From positions 1 to 35,660 of the forward strand of contig JBLWGC010000147.1 of assembly GCA_048772705.1 (NCBI GenBank): a DNA stretch of 35,660 bases, read 5' to 3'. This DNA comes from Leidyana gryllorum EB-2025a. Its lineage: Eukaryota; Protista; Apicomplexa. Under the pieces are notes generated by a model. That model saw nothing but the letters and a program-made list of their open reading frames with translations. It was not told the origin of the DNA and ran no database searches. The position numbers and the translations under genes were made by a program. The first letter of the stretch is position 1; each line of letters begins with the position of its first letter. This document shows, one piece after another, positions 1-9,213 of the stretch.

Positions 1-154
1 TTCAAGGTTGTCTAAGATATGCTGCTCCGACAGGTGAGACAAGATTTGAGTTGTATATGCATGGAATCTTCGCCAGATTCATTCCAGTTGGCCCATCAAC
101 GATGTCTGCAAAACCCATCAGGTTGAGTAGTAGTCTGCCAACCACCACTCTACT

Positions 155-214
155 TCCGGTGGGACGGAATCGAACCGCCGACTATCTATCCGGGTTCAAG
201 TCCCGGCAGTGGAA
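155..214. pseudogene. Chimeric junction: tRNA-Tyr 3' part (minus, 155-187) fused to tRNA-Glu 3' part (plus, 188-214)
   Basis: Matches Tyr at 4644 and Glu at 722. Confidence 0.8.
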
Positions 215-282
215 GCTACTCGAGCAAAGTGCTCCAGTAATCCCCGTCAATAGTCACTGATTCGTGATCTTCGGCCTGCATT

Positions 283-340
283 GCCTTCTTAGCTCAGGGG
301 AGCATTCGCTTAGTAAGCGAAAGGTCGCCGATTCGTTTCC
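283..340 (+). pseudogene. tRNA-Thr(AGT), 3' truncated
   Basis: GCCTTCT..CTTAGTAAG; acceptor 3' strand lost. Confidence 0.8.
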
Positions 341-373
341 TTCCCGAGGGAAAGTGTAACCAGTTACACTCTC

Positions 374-455
374 GGCAAGGTGGCCGAGCGGTTAAAACGG
401 CGGCCTGCTAAGCCGTTGGGTTTCAACCGCGTGAGTTCGAATCTCACCCTTGTCG
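374..455 (+). tRNA. trnS: tRNA-Ser(GCT), D-stem mutated
   Basis: Long variable arm, CT GCT AA loop. Confidence 0.75.
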
Positions 456-568
456 GTAGCATTCGGGGAGAGCGCAACTGCTTCAATGATTGAAATGAGG
501 TTTCTGCCCGACTCGAACTCGCTCCACGCTGGACGCTATACCAAGTCAATTGTACTGTCTGATGCACC

Positions 569-640
569 GGCTGTTTGGTCTAGTGGTATGATTCTTCCTT
601 CGTGTGGAAGAAGTCCTGGGTTCGATTCCCAGAACAGCCC
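569..640 (+). tRNA. trnP: tRNA-Pro body with CGT anticodon (shifted from CGG)
   Basis: GGCTGTT/AACAGCC acceptor; loop TT CGT GT. Confidence 0.75.
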
Positions 641-721
641 CGTTGCTTGTCGGTTGACCCGACGCTCCATCTCATCTCAAGATGGTACGGCTTTCGTCCA
701 AAGCTGCAGCTGAGGAAGTTG

Positions 722-794
722 TCCACTGTAGTCTAAGTGGCTAGGATATGCGGCTCTCACCCGCACGACCCGGGTTCAAGCCCCGGCAGTGGAA
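722..794 (+). tRNA. trnE: tRNA-Glu(CTC)
   Basis: Full cloverleaf TCCACTG/CAGTGGA. Confidence 0.9.
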
Positions 795-851
795 ATCCAG
801 CAGAGTGTGCTTGTAGGCAACGGTTCCACTACTCCCAGAGACATTGATTTG

Positions 852-924
852 CACCGCCCGCGGGGCTCGAACCCGCGACTGCAAGATTAAAAGTCTTGCG
901 CTCTACCGACTGAGCTAGGGCGGC
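852..924 (-). tRNA. trnK: tRNA-Lys(TTT)
   Basis: Full cloverleaf, CT TTT AA. Confidence 0.92.
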
Positions 925-1052
925 AAGGAAGCTCTAAACTTAGTTACACCCCATTTGCCGGTGGGTGGAGCAGTGGAAGTATTGAGTGGTGGAACAATGT
1001 GCTTCAGTAACTTCCGTCAATAGGGACTCATTCGTGATGTCCAGTTAACATT

Positions 1053-1123
1053 GCCTTCTTAGCTTGGGGTAGAGCATTCGCTTAGTAAGTGAAAGGTCGC
1101 CAGTTCGATTCGGGCAGAAGGCT
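1053..1123 (+). pseudogene. tRNA-Thr(AGT), degenerate
   Basis: Anticodon- and T-stem mismatches. Confidence 0.75.
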
Positions 1124-1171
1124 TGGCTTACGAGCCAATCTATCCTGCAACTGTTCCCTTCTGCGCACACT

Positions 1172-1243
1172 TAGCAGTGCGTCGTTTCGATCGACGGACC
1201 TTTGCGTTATGAGCCTAACACTCTTCCACTGAGCTACAATGCT
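1172..1243 (-). tRNA. trnM: initiator tRNA-Met(CAT), slightly degenerate
   Basis: A1:U72, GATCGAAA T-loop; anticodon stem mismatches. Confidence 0.75.
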
Positions 1244-1384
1244 CAGTCTGCAACATGGAAGAGGTAGCCGAAATGTGATCCTCGAGATGTTAGTTGCCCT
1301 GACTGCCCTATCGAAGCGGGCTAACGAGGTGGCTGTGTTGGTTCTGAGGGCAACATGTCCGGTTAAGTCAAACGACGACCAATA

Positions 1385-1453
1385 GGGCTGTTCTGGAATC
1401 GAACCCAGGACTCCTTCCACTCTGAGGAAGGATTATACAGCAGAGCAACACCC
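1385..1453 (-). pseudogene. tRNA-Pro pseudogene
   Basis: Pro body, damaged D arm, loop TC AGA GT. Confidence 0.75.
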
Positions 1454-1539
1454 AAATACTTGGGTGCATGCAAGCGGACATACAAATGCAGATTCGAATC
1501 TACTGTGGCCTTTCCAGCTTTTTTTGGGATGATCGCCGT

Positions 1540-1623
1540 TGCACAGAATGGGATTCGAACCCATGCAGACTTGCGCCTACCAGAACTTGAGTCTGGCCCC
1601 TTAGACCACTCGGGCATCTGTGC
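1540..1623 (-). tRNA. trnL: tRNA-Leu(CAA), intronless
   Basis: Full cloverleaf with variable arm. Confidence 0.92.
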
Positions 1624-1719
1624 ATTACTTTCCTTCTGAGTTCCAAAGTGTTAATGGCTTCCGTTGCGACCGCCGATGTCGTTCTGGCTGCGGTGTGCCG
1701 CCCCGAAGTACTCTCACAG

Positions 1720-1797
1720 CGCGGGGTGCTTAGATGGTAACGTATCTGACTGTAGTGGTGGCATCAGATATTCCACGAGTAAATTCCGTCCACCCGA
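1720..1797 (+). pseudogene. tRNA-Tyr(GTA) pseudogene with 7-nt intron
   Basis: TCTGACTGTAG-TGGTGGC-ATCAGA kept, D/T arms decayed. Confidence 0.75.
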
Positions 1798-1898
1798 AGT
1801 TGAGGAGTGGACTTCTTGCAACGCAGTTCGTCTGACGCTCCTGTTCCATCCCATCCTGGTCGATGCTTCGCTACCTCTACAGCCTCGCTCAAAGATTT

Positions 1899-1970
1899 GT
1901 CCAAGTCGTCTAGTGGTTAGGACAGCACGTTGTGGCCGTGCAAACCCAGGCTCGATTCCTGGCTCGGACA
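1899..1970 (+). tRNA. trnH: tRNA-His(GTG)
   Basis: TT GTG GC loop; C54 in T-loop; one acceptor mismatch. Confidence 0.8.
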
Positions 1971-2059
1971 ACCAATCTAAAGTGCATTGCAAACCCCCTC
2001 CAAACCTCTCAGATCCTTATCGAGACTGAGAGACCAGAATAGCTTAAGTGCGTGAGGAA

Positions 2060-2131
2060 AGCCTTCTGCCGGAATCGAACCGGCGACTTCTCGCTTACGA
2101 AGCGAACGCTCTGCCCCTAAGCTAAAAAGGC
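2060..2131 (-). tRNA. trnT: tRNA-Thr(CGT)
   Basis: Full cloverleaf. Confidence 0.88.
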
Positions 2132-2261
2132 AACTTATCTGGAGAATTATGTGTCAGTTGTATCGACAAAAGTTAGCCGGGTGCTACGTGCACGGCGGGC
2201 AGTCCCGCCCATCGTGCGGGCATGCTGGGAAGAAGTCGCAAGTTATTCTGACTACAACGGC

Positions 2262-2341
2262 TGACAAGAGTTGGATTCCAACCCACGCCCTTTCGGACTG
2301 CGGCCTGAACACAGCGCCTTGGACCACTCGGCCCTCTTGCC
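2262..2341 (-). pseudogene. tRNA-Leu(CAG), T-loop mutated
   Basis: Leu body; B box damaged. Confidence 0.75.
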
Positions 2342-2342
2342 G

Positions 2343-2392
2343 AAATGTTGTTGGCTCGCCGCTCCACAAATGTTGTTGGCTCGCCGCTCCAC
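2343..2392 (+). repeat. 25-bp tandem duplication (AAATGTTGTTGGCTCGCCGCTCCAC x2)
   Basis: Direct reading; same duplication inverted at 12478-12527. Confidence 0.9.
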
Positions 2393-2460
2393 GCGTTTTC
2401 TATCCGTGGAATCTCAAAATGGAAGAACTTCTGGGGTTGGGGGCTAGCATATCCAGAGCG

Positions 2461-2530
2461 TCCGAGATAGTATAGCGGTTAGTATTCCGCCTATCACGCG
2501 GAAAACCAAGATCGATTTCCGGTCTCGGAG
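2461..2530 (+). pseudogene. tRNA-Asp body, ATC anticodon, T arm decayed
   Basis: TCCGAGA/TCTCGGA acceptor. Confidence 0.8.
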
Positions 2531-2585
2531 CACAGTTGGTTGCGCTTAGGATTGTTTCTTTCGGATCTCGCTGAAAGTTGCGAGC

Positions 2586-2657
2586 TACAGCCACCGAGGA
2601 TCGGATCGGGACCTTCTGCGTGTGAAGCAGACGTCGTGACCACTAGACCATGGCTGC
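2586..2657 (-). pseudogene. tRNA-Val(CAC), T-loop mutated
   Basis: Val body. Confidence 0.75.
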
Positions 2658-2775
2658 ACGGAGCCTGCGGACTGGGAAAAAAGGCGTGTGTCTCTGGAAA
2701 CACGTATTCTGATGATCTAGTTGAGGGAGAGCTAGTGTGGATGGCTTTACCAACTCTTTTGGGAAGGACTGAATG

Positions 2776-2847
2776 GGTTGCGTGGTGTAGTGGTTAGCAC
2801 TGGAGACTCTGAATCTCCCGACCCGGGTTCGATTCCCGGCGCGACCT
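2776..2847 (+). tRNA. trnQ: tRNA-Gln(CTG)
   Basis: Full cloverleaf. Confidence 0.92.
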
Positions 2848-2910
2848 CGAAACTAGTGCTCACTATTTTGTGAAACCTCGCCAATTCTCTTGGTCTGCGG
2901 GACCTTCCGT

Positions 2911-2983
2911 GCGGTTATCCTCTAGTGGTCACGACGTCTGCTTCACACGCAGCAGCTCCTGACTTCAATCCTCGGTGGCTGTG
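2911..2983 (+). pseudogene. tRNA-Val(CAC) pseudogene
   Basis: Val body, many substitutions. Confidence 0.7.
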
Positions 2984-3040
2984 GCTCGCAACTGGGCGAG
3001 AACCAGGGGAGACAATCTTAAGCGAAACCATCTAAGTGTG

Positions 3041-3112
3041 CTCCGAGACCGGGAATCGAACCCGGATCTTTCGCGTGACAGGCGGAGATACTGACAACTA
3101 TACTATCTCGAA
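3041..3112 (-). tRNA. trnD: tRNA-Asp(GTC), degenerate
   Basis: Cloverleaf with several substitutions. Confidence 0.7.
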
Positions 3113-3208
3113 CGCTTTGGACATACCGGTCTCCTATCCCAAAAGTCCTTCCATTTTGAGATTCCACAAGGACAGGAAACGCGTGGAACGGCGAGCCAAC
3201 AAAATTCC

Positions 3209-3288
3209 GGCGAGATGGCCTAGTGGTCTGAGGCGCTGTGATCAGGTCCCAGTCCGAAAGGGCGTGGGTTCGGATCCCACTCTTGTCA
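3209..3288 (+). pseudogene. tRNA-Leu(CAG) pseudogene
   Basis: Leu body, anticodon stem mismatches. Confidence 0.7.
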
Positions 3289-3390
3289 GCCGTTGTAGTC
3301 AGGACAACCTGCGACTTCATCCCAGCATGCCCCGCACGATGCACGTTGACTTTTGTCGATACAACTGACACATGATTCTCCAGCTAAGTT

Positions 3391-3462
3391 GCCTTCTTAG
3401 CTTAGGGGCAGAGCATTCGCTTAGCAAGCGATGGGTCGCCGGTTCGATTTCGGCAGAAGGCT
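3391..3462 (+). pseudogene. tRNA-Thr body with AGC anticodon
   Basis: TT AGC AA loop on Thr body. Confidence 0.7.
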
Positions 3463-3498
3463 TTGCTCACGACCCAATCAATTCTATATGCGCACACT

Positions 3499-3570
3499 CA
3501 GCAGTGCGTCGTTTCGATCGACGAACCTTTGGGTTACGAGCCCAACACTCTTCCACTGAGCTACACTGCT
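3499..3570 (-). pseudogene. initiator Met body with CGT anticodon
   Basis: GGGCT CGT AACCC; GATCGAAA T-loop. Confidence 0.75.
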
Positions 3571-3704
3571 CAGTCTGCAACATGGAAGAGGAGCCGAAAC
3601 GCGATTCTTGAGATGTTAATGGCCTTGAGTGCCGAAGTGGCTAACGAGGTGGCTGTGTTGGTTGTGAGGGCAACTTGTCCCGTCGGGTCAACCGACGACC
3701 AAGA

Positions 3705-3776
3705 GGGCTGTTCTGGGAATCGAACCCAGGACTCCTTCCACCCTAAGGAAGGATCACACCACTAGACCAAACAGCC
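3705..3776 (-). tRNA. trnP: tRNA-Pro(AGG)
   Basis: Full cloverleaf. Confidence 0.85.
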
Positions 3777-3859
3777 GAATGGGGAGGGGGATATAACGGC
3801 TACTTACGTACAGCCGTAGACTCGAAGTGATGGTCAATGCCGCCCGGAATGAGAACCGT

Positions 3860-3943
3860 TGCACAGAATGGGATTCGAACCCATGCAGACTTGCGCCTAC
3901 CAGAACTTGAGTCTGGCCCCTTAGACCGCTCGGGCATCTGTGC
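3860..3943 (-). tRNA. trnL: tRNA-Leu(CAA)
   Basis: Full cloverleaf. Confidence 0.9.
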
Positions 3944-4044
3944 GTTACTTTCCTTCTGAGTTCCAGCGTGCAAACGGCTTCCGTTGTCTCCGAGAGGGCG
4001 AGGATCTGGGGTTAAGCCTTTCGAACCCCGGGGCAGTTGGACGG

Positions 4045-4123
4045 CCGGGGATAGCTCAGTTGGGAGAGCATCCGACTGTAGTGCTGGCATCAGATAGTCG
4101 GCGGTTCGATCCGTCCCTCCGGA
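4045..4123 (+). tRNA. trnY: tRNA-Tyr(GTA) with 7-nt intron (4082-4088), degenerate
   Basis: C1:G72, CT GTA G-intron-A; T-loop 1 nt short. Confidence 0.75.
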
Positions 4124-4226
4124 AGTAGAGTGGTGATTGGCAAACTACTACTCAACCTGATGGTTTTGGCAGACAGCGTTGATAGGCCAACTAGACTACT
4201 CCGGCGAGGGTTCCATCTATGTAGTT

Positions 4227-4299
4227 CGGATGGGTTGGGAATCGACCCCAGAACTTTTCGTATACTAAGCCACCGTGTCATCATCTGGGCTAGCCTCCC
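4227..4299 (-). pseudogene. Decayed tRNA-Ala-derived element
   Basis: GGGAGGCTAGCCCAGATG..CTTAGTAT..; similar to Ala at 6813. Confidence 0.6.
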
Positions 4300-4387
4300 T
4301 CTGTGCCTACCTCATGGCATTGAGTGATACTTCACATAGTGAGACGAGTCTCTCGACTGTACCCAGCGGGTTGAACGACCGACAGGC

Positions 4388-4459
4388 GGCTGTTTGGTCT
4401 AGTGATATGATCGTTCCTTTGGGTGGAAGAAGTCCTGGGTTCGATTCCCAGAACAGCCC
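4388..4459 (+). tRNA. trnP: tRNA-Pro(TGG), slightly degenerate
   Basis: Pro body, TT TGG GT. Confidence 0.75.
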
Positions 4460-4643
4460 GTCTGGTACTTGTGGACTCAAAACGTCAGTCTATCCAAGGT
4501 CGGATGAGATATGCTGCTCAGCTAAGACAACATTTGAGTTATATATGCATGGAATCTTCGCCAGATTAACTCCAGTTGGCCCATCAACGCTTTTTGCCAA
4601 AGTCCATCAGGTTGAGTAGTAGTTTGCACAGCACCTCGCTACT

Positions 4644-4723
4644 TCCGGTGGGACGGAATCGAACCGCCGACTATCTGATGCCAGTACTACAGTCAGATGC
4701 TCTACCAACTGAGCTACCCCCGG
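4644..4723 (-). tRNA. trnY: tRNA-Tyr(GTA) with 7-nt intron
   Basis: 80 nt = 73 + 7; intron TACTGGC. Confidence 0.85.
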
Positions 4724-4883
4724 CCGGCCAACGGCGTCGAGGTTCGCAGACTCAACCTCAGAACCTCAAAAGTGACACTTCAAGTTCTCAAGTGCGGCAC
4801 AGGTTACGGGCGTGTTGCGTGTGTTCATTTGAGAAAGCGCTAGTCCGGATAATTCTACCGACTCTTCTGGGATGGGCTGAAGC

Positions 4884-4943
4884 GGTTGCGTGGTGTAGTG
4901 GTTAGCACTGGAGACTCTGAATCTCCTGACCTGGGTTCGATTC
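4884..4943 (+). pseudogene. tRNA-Gln(CTG), 3' deleted
   Basis: Ends after T-loop and joins Val upstream flank. Confidence 0.8.
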
Positions 4944-4954
4944 GGACCTGCCGT

Positions 4955-5027
4955 GCAGCCAGGGTCTAGTGGTTACGACTTCTGCTTCACACGCAGAAGG
5001 TCCCGAGTCCGATCCTCGGTGGCTGTA
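4955..5027 (+). pseudogene. tRNA-Val(CAC), degenerate
   Basis: T-loop GTCCG. Confidence 0.7.
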
Positions 5028-5082
5028 GCTCGCAACTTTCAGCGGCAACCACAGGAGACAATCTTCAGCGGAACCAACTGTG

Positions 5083-5154
5083 CTCCGAGACCGGGAATCG
5101 AAGCCGGGTCTTCCGCGTGACAGGCGGAAATACTAACCACTATACTATGTCGGA
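5083..5154 (-). tRNA. trnD: tRNA-Asp(GTC), slightly degenerate
   Basis: Two stem substitutions. Confidence 0.75.
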
Positions 5155-5305
5155 CGCTAGTAAAGCTACCGGCCTCCAACCCCAGAAGTCCTCGCATTTT
5201 GAGATTTCACGGACAGGAAACGGGTGGAACGGCGAGCCAACAACACTTCGGCGAGTGCTGTGTGCAAGCCGCCGTCCGAAAATGGGGGCGGAGGATCACA
5301 TTACA

Positions 5306-5386
5306 CGACAACTGCTGGATTCGAACCAGCGCGGGCCAGACCCAGTAGATTTCAAGTCTAACCCTTAATCACTCGGGCAAGTTGCC
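5306..5386 (-). pseudogene. tRNA-Ser(TGA), degenerate
   Basis: CT TGA AA loop, variable arm. Confidence 0.75.
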
Positions 5387-5474
5387 AACTGTTGAATTGG
5401 ACATCCCGCGGGTAGTGGCTCCACAGAGGGCTGCGGTGAGTGCCTATCTTCACCGCGTTTCAAGGCTTTCTAGC

Positions 5475-5547
5475 GCCTCGGTAGCTCAGTTGGGAGAGCG
5501 CCAGACTGAAGATCTGGAAGTCCCGTGCTCGATCCACAGCCGAGGCA
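5475..5547 (+). tRNA. trnF: tRNA-Phe(GAA), T arm substitutions
   Basis: CT GAA GA loop. Confidence 0.78.
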
Positions 5548-5611
5548 GCGAGGTTGTGGCATCTGGTGTCAAGATCCCTCGCGCCCGTGCGAGGGTTCTG
5601 CCCCTCAGCTA

Positions 5612-5684
5612 AGGGTATGGCTGAGACCGGCTAGGATATGCGGCTCTCGCTCGCACGGTCCGGGTTCAAGTCCCGGCAGTGGAA
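5612..5684 (+). pseudogene. tRNA-Glu pseudogene
   Basis: 3' two-thirds recognisable. Confidence 0.7.
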
Positions 5685-5760
5685 GTCCTCGGACTATCCG
5701 ACCACAGTCCTTCAGTAAGCTCCCTCAATGAGGATAGATGCGTAATTTCCCGCTTGGATT

Positions 5761-5832
5761 GCCGTCTTAAGTTAGGGGCAGAGCGTTTGCTTCGTAAGGG
5801 AGAAGTCGGCGGCTCGATTCCGACAGAAGGCT
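5761..5832 (+). pseudogene. tRNA-Thr(CGT) pseudogene
   Basis: Thr body, multiple mismatches. Confidence 0.7.
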
Positions 5833-5899
5833 TTGATGCATCGATAGGCTCTCTAACAACGGCTGTCACCACGTACAAGATGCAGCAAGATCGTCATCT

Positions 5900-5970
5900 G
5901 CATCTGTGGTCTATTGGTAGAATGTCTCGTTGCTAGCGAGACGACCCGTTTTCGATTCCCGGCAGATGCA
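5900..5970 (+). pseudogene. tRNA-Gly body with GCT anticodon
   Basis: GCATCTG/CAGATGC; T stem broken. Confidence 0.75.
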
Positions 5971-6150
5971 GAGGACATAGCACATGGCTGATTCACTAGA
6001 ATTCTACGCCGTTGAACTCCGGTGCCAATTAGACACGGGCGGACAGCTGTAGCACTCGCAGGGACGTATGTGACGGCGCAGCGCCGACTGGGCGTGGGTC
6101 CGAATCCCATTCTTGGTTGCGCCCCATACGAGAAGAACATAAAGTCTGAT

Positions 6151-6222
6151 TGAGCCCAGAGTGATTCGAACACCCAACCTTCTGATCTGGAGTCAGACGC
6201 GCTACCGTTGCGCCATAGGCCC
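6151..6222 (-). tRNA. trnW: tRNA-Trp(CCA)
   Basis: CT CCA GA loop, full cloverleaf. Confidence 0.88.
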
Positions 6223-6303
6223 AAAACCATCTCCCGTTCCAAACTAATTGCCTTGTGGTCAGGAATGGAGGTCCAACATCTCCGATCGTTCCAAACCATC
6301 TTC

Positions 6304-6375
6304 TGGGCACGCGCGGAGTTGGACCACGGATTTGCTGATCTGCAGTCAGCTACTCTACCACTGAACTACGTACCC
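6304..6375 (-). pseudogene. tRNA-Cys(GCA), degenerate
   Basis: CT GCA GA; T-loop mutated. Confidence 0.72.
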
Positions 6376-6471
6376 ACAAACTACCCGTCATACTCGCTCA
6401 ACTCGATTCTGTCTTCTCATTTGAAACAAAACGGCCGTTATTGTGCACGAGCTTGAACAACAACGAGTCAT

Positions 6472-6542
6472 GCATCTGTGGTCTAGTGGTAGAATGTGTC
6501 GTTGCCACCGAGACGACCCAGGTTCGATTCTCGGCAGACGCA
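6472..6542 (+). pseudogene. tRNA-Gly(GCC), degenerate
   Basis: Several stem mismatches. Confidence 0.72.
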
Positions 6543-6669
6543 GGAGGCACGCCTCAATCAGCCGTGGCAGATTGACAGAGACGCTGACAAGCTTCGGCAC
6601 GAGGCCCGACCAGGGGGCTGTTTGGTCTGCAGGTATGATTTTTCCTCGCTTGGAAGAACATTGCAACTG

Positions 6670-6742
6670 GGTCTTGTAGCTCAGTCGGCAAAGCGTGTAG
6701 CTGTTTACCACAAAGTCGCAGTTTCGAAGCCTAGCAGTGCCG
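6670..6742 (+). pseudogene. tRNA-Asn pseudogene
   Basis: Asn body as at 22488. Confidence 0.7.
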
Positions 6743-6812
6743 GGAGCTGCGATATGCGACGCTCTGTTAGAGGTCTCTGTATTTAACTACCGGCAGGTCG
6801 CCCTACTGAGTT

Positions 6813-6885
6813 TGGACGACCTGGGTATCGATCCCAGTACCTCTCGCATGCAAAGCGAGCGCTCTACCATCTGAGCTAGCCGCCC
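6813..6885 (-). tRNA. trnA: tRNA-Ala(TGC)
   Basis: G3:U70, GGATCGAT T-loop. Confidence 0.9.
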
Positions 6886-6944
6886 ATCCGCTCTACATGG
6901 AAAACCTTCTGCATCCAGTGGCTGACCGAGGCCGATACAACGGC

Positions 6945-7024
6945 TGACAAGAGTGGGATTCGAACCCACGCCCTTTCGGACTGCGGCCTTAACACAGCGC
7001 CTTAGACCACTCGGCCATCTTGCC
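6945..7024 (-). tRNA. trnL: tRNA-Leu(AAG)
   Basis: Full cloverleaf. Confidence 0.9.
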
Positions 7025-7118
7025 GAAGTGTTCTTGGCTCGCCACTTTACACGTTTTCTGTCCGTGAAGTCTCGAGAAGGAGGACTTTTGGGGTTGAAGG
7101 CCGGAGTATCCACGAGCG

Positions 7119-7190
7119 TCCGAGATAGTATAGTGCTTAGTATTTCCGCCTCTCACTCGGAAGACCCGGGTTCGATTCCCGGTCTCGGAG
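7119..7190 (+). pseudogene. tRNA-Asp body with CTC anticodon
   Basis: CT CTC AC loop; D-loop GG lost. Confidence 0.75.
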
Positions 7191-7243
7191 ACACTTCGTT
7201 CTTCCGCTTTAGATTTCGTGGTGCTCACCTGACATGTTCGAGC

Positions 7244-7316
7244 TACAGCCACCGAGGATCGAACTCGGGACCTTCTGCGTGTTAAGCAGACGTCGTGACC
7301 ACTAGACCATGGCTGC
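7244..7316 (-). tRNA. trnV: tRNA-Val(AAC)
   Basis: Full cloverleaf. Confidence 0.9.
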
Positions 7317-7379
7317 AGTGAAGGTCCCGCAGACCAAGAGAAGTGGCGAGGTTTCACGAATAAGTGGAGACCAGTTTCG

Positions 7380-7451
7380 AGGTCGCGGCGGGAATCGAAG
7401 CTAGGTCGCGAGATTTAGAGTCTCCAGTGCTAACCACTACACCAAGTAACC
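7380..7451 (-). pseudogene. tRNA-Gln body with CTA (amber) anticodon, stems broken
   Basis: GGAGA CT CTA AA TCTCG. Confidence 0.75.
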
Positions 7452-7729
7452 GATCCAGTCCTTCCCAAAAAAGAGTTGATAGAGCCATCCGGACTAGCCC
7501 TCCTCAAGTGGGCACATGCAACACACATCTCTCTACTGACCTTTGAAATAATGTAACTGACTCTTGTATCTTAGTCGGCAGAGTGTGTCATTGTGACATA
7601 CAAACTCGGAAATCCGGGATTTGAGGCAACCTTCACACATACTGCGATGCCCAGGTCTGTCCAATCGTTACAGGGCACAATTATCTCAGCTCGGGAAATG
7701 AATAGCGGCAGGTGCAGCCGTACGTACTT

Positions 7730-7802
7730 TGGACGACCTGGGCATCGATCCCAGTACCTCTCGCATGCTAAGCGAGCGCTCTACCATTTGAGCTAGTCGC
7801 CC
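7730..7802 (-). tRNA. trnA: tRNA-Ala(AGC)
   Basis: Full cloverleaf. Confidence 0.92.
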
Positions 7803-7890
7803 GTTGTGCGGACCCCATCGCATTTGTTGGTTCTCAACATAGGATGACCACCTTTTAAACTGTCTTCAGCGGGTTGCACGAATGAAAGGC

Positions 7891-7962
7891 GGCTGTTTGG
7901 TCTAGTGGTATGATTCTTCCGTTGGGTGGAAGAAGTCCGGGGTTCCATTCCCAAAACAGCCC
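7891..7962 (+). pseudogene. tRNA-Pro(TGG), degenerate
   Basis: T arm mutated. Confidence 0.72.
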
Positions 7963-8038
7963 GCTTTGTTGTATCTTGACCCAACCTGCCTGGCAGCATG
8001 GTTCTGGGTTCGGGTGATTCCTCGGAGAAAGTCGGAGG

Positions 8039-8111
8039 GGGAGTGTAGCGCAGCCGCTAGCGCGTAGGTCTCATAATCCTGAAGTCGAGAGTTCGATCCT
8101 CTCCACTCTCG
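8039..8111 (+). tRNA. trnM: elongator tRNA-Met(CAT), degenerate D-loop
   Basis: CT CAT AA; GTTCGA T-loop. Confidence 0.75.
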
Positions 8112-8155
8112 CGGTCGGAATCGAAACCGCCGACAAACTCATCATGCTACCATTT

Positions 8156-8223
8156 TGCAGTCGGGAATCGCACACAGGTTATCTCGATGGCACTGAGCGA
8201 CTCTTCCACTTGACCACAGATGC
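8156..8223 (-). pseudogene. tRNA-Gly pseudogene
   Basis: Gly body, decayed. Confidence 0.65.
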
Positions 8224-8289
8224 AGAACACAATCTTGTGAATCTTGTACGTGGTGACAGCCATTCCTCTTAAGCCTATCGATGCAACAA

Positions 8290-8361
8290 AGCCTTCTGCC
8301 GGAATCGAACCGGCGCCTTCTCGCTTACGAAGCGAACGCTCTGCCCCTAAGCTTCGAAGGC
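8290..8361 (-). tRNA. trnT: tRNA-Thr(CGT), slightly degenerate
   Basis: Thr body. Confidence 0.75.
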
Positions 8362-8437
8362 AATGTAAGTTGGAGACAACGAAACGATGGCTACTGACGG
8401 AGATTAGTGGAGCACTTTGCTCGAGTACTTCAATGAC

Positions 8438-8510
8438 TTCCACTGCCGGGACTTGAACCCGGATCGTGCGGGTGAGAGCCGCATATCCTAGCCACTTAGA
8501 CTACAGTGGA
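8438..8510 (-). tRNA. trnE: tRNA-Glu(CTC)
   Basis: Full cloverleaf. Confidence 0.92.
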
Positions 8511-8605
8511 CAAGTGCTCGAGTTTAGGCTTCGGCCGGCCGAACCGTCTCGGAAAGATTCCACCATCAATACGACTGGAATTTGTTACCAAGTCCGAGCT
8601 CTCTT

Positions 8606-8675
8606 GCCGCCCCAACTCCGTCGGTAGAGCGCAAGACTTTTGAAGGGAGAACCGCGGGTTCGGGCGGCGCGAGCA
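8606..8675 (+). pseudogene. tRNA-Lys pseudogene
   Basis: GTCGGTAGAGCGCAAGACTTT retained. Confidence 0.65.
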
Positions 8676-8739
8676 GTCCTAGTAAAGCTCGCTGAATCGT
8701 ATGTGAAGCCACTGGCCGCAAAATGCCAAGTTCGACAGC

Positions 8740-8801
8740 GGCAACTTGCCCGAGTGGTTAAGGGGGTAGACTAGAAATCTACAGGGCCTGGGCCGGGCTG
8801 G
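8740..8801 (+). pseudogene. tRNA-Ser(AGA), 3' truncated
   Basis: Ends before T-loop. Confidence 0.75.
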
Positions 8802-8842
8802 CACTGTTGACGGGGACTACTGGAGCACTTCGCTCGAGCAGC

Positions 8843-8915
8843 TTCCACTGCCGGGACTTGAACCCGGATCATGCGGATGAGAGCCGCATATCCTAGCCAC
8901 TCAGACTAGAGTGGA
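8843..8915 (-). pseudogene. tRNA-Glu(CTC), degenerate
   Basis: Several substitutions. Confidence 0.72.
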
Positions 8916-9139
8916 CAAATTCCACAGTTGAGGTCAACAAGATGTGGTCCGTCGGGTCAACCTACAAAGGGGTTGCAGTAGAAAGTGGAGGGTCCCTCTA
9001 CTAATCTGCAACATTGTAAGGCGTCTTGTGAGCTCAGTCGGCAGAGCGTGTGGCTTTTGATGACAAGCTCGCAGGTCCGGAACCTAGCACAACCGGCTTC
9101 AGAGGCACCCTAGACATTGACTGCGGTGCTCTCCCAATG

Positions 9140-9200
9140 GCACATGTGGTTCGCGACCCTTCAAAGATGACAACGATGGGTTTGAATCCGGCCACGTGCA
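9140..9200 (+). pseudogene. D-arm-deleted tRNA-Gly(TCC)-derived element
   Basis: GCACATGTGGT..GCGACCCTTCAAAG..CACGTGCA; compare 14910-14980. Confidence 0.55.
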
Positions 9201-9213
9201 GCCGTACGTACTT

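Larger units (their letters stand above)
569..2460 (+). repeat. ~1.9-kb segment with inverted copy at ~12410-14260
   Basis: Mirror gene order and shared lesions, including the 25-bp duplication. Confidence 0.9.
7715..8361 (+). repeat. Ala-Pro-Met-Gly-Thr block; direct copy 9195-9811, inverted related copies ~19350-19740 and ~31861-32480
   Basis: Near-identical spacers. Confidence 0.85.
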
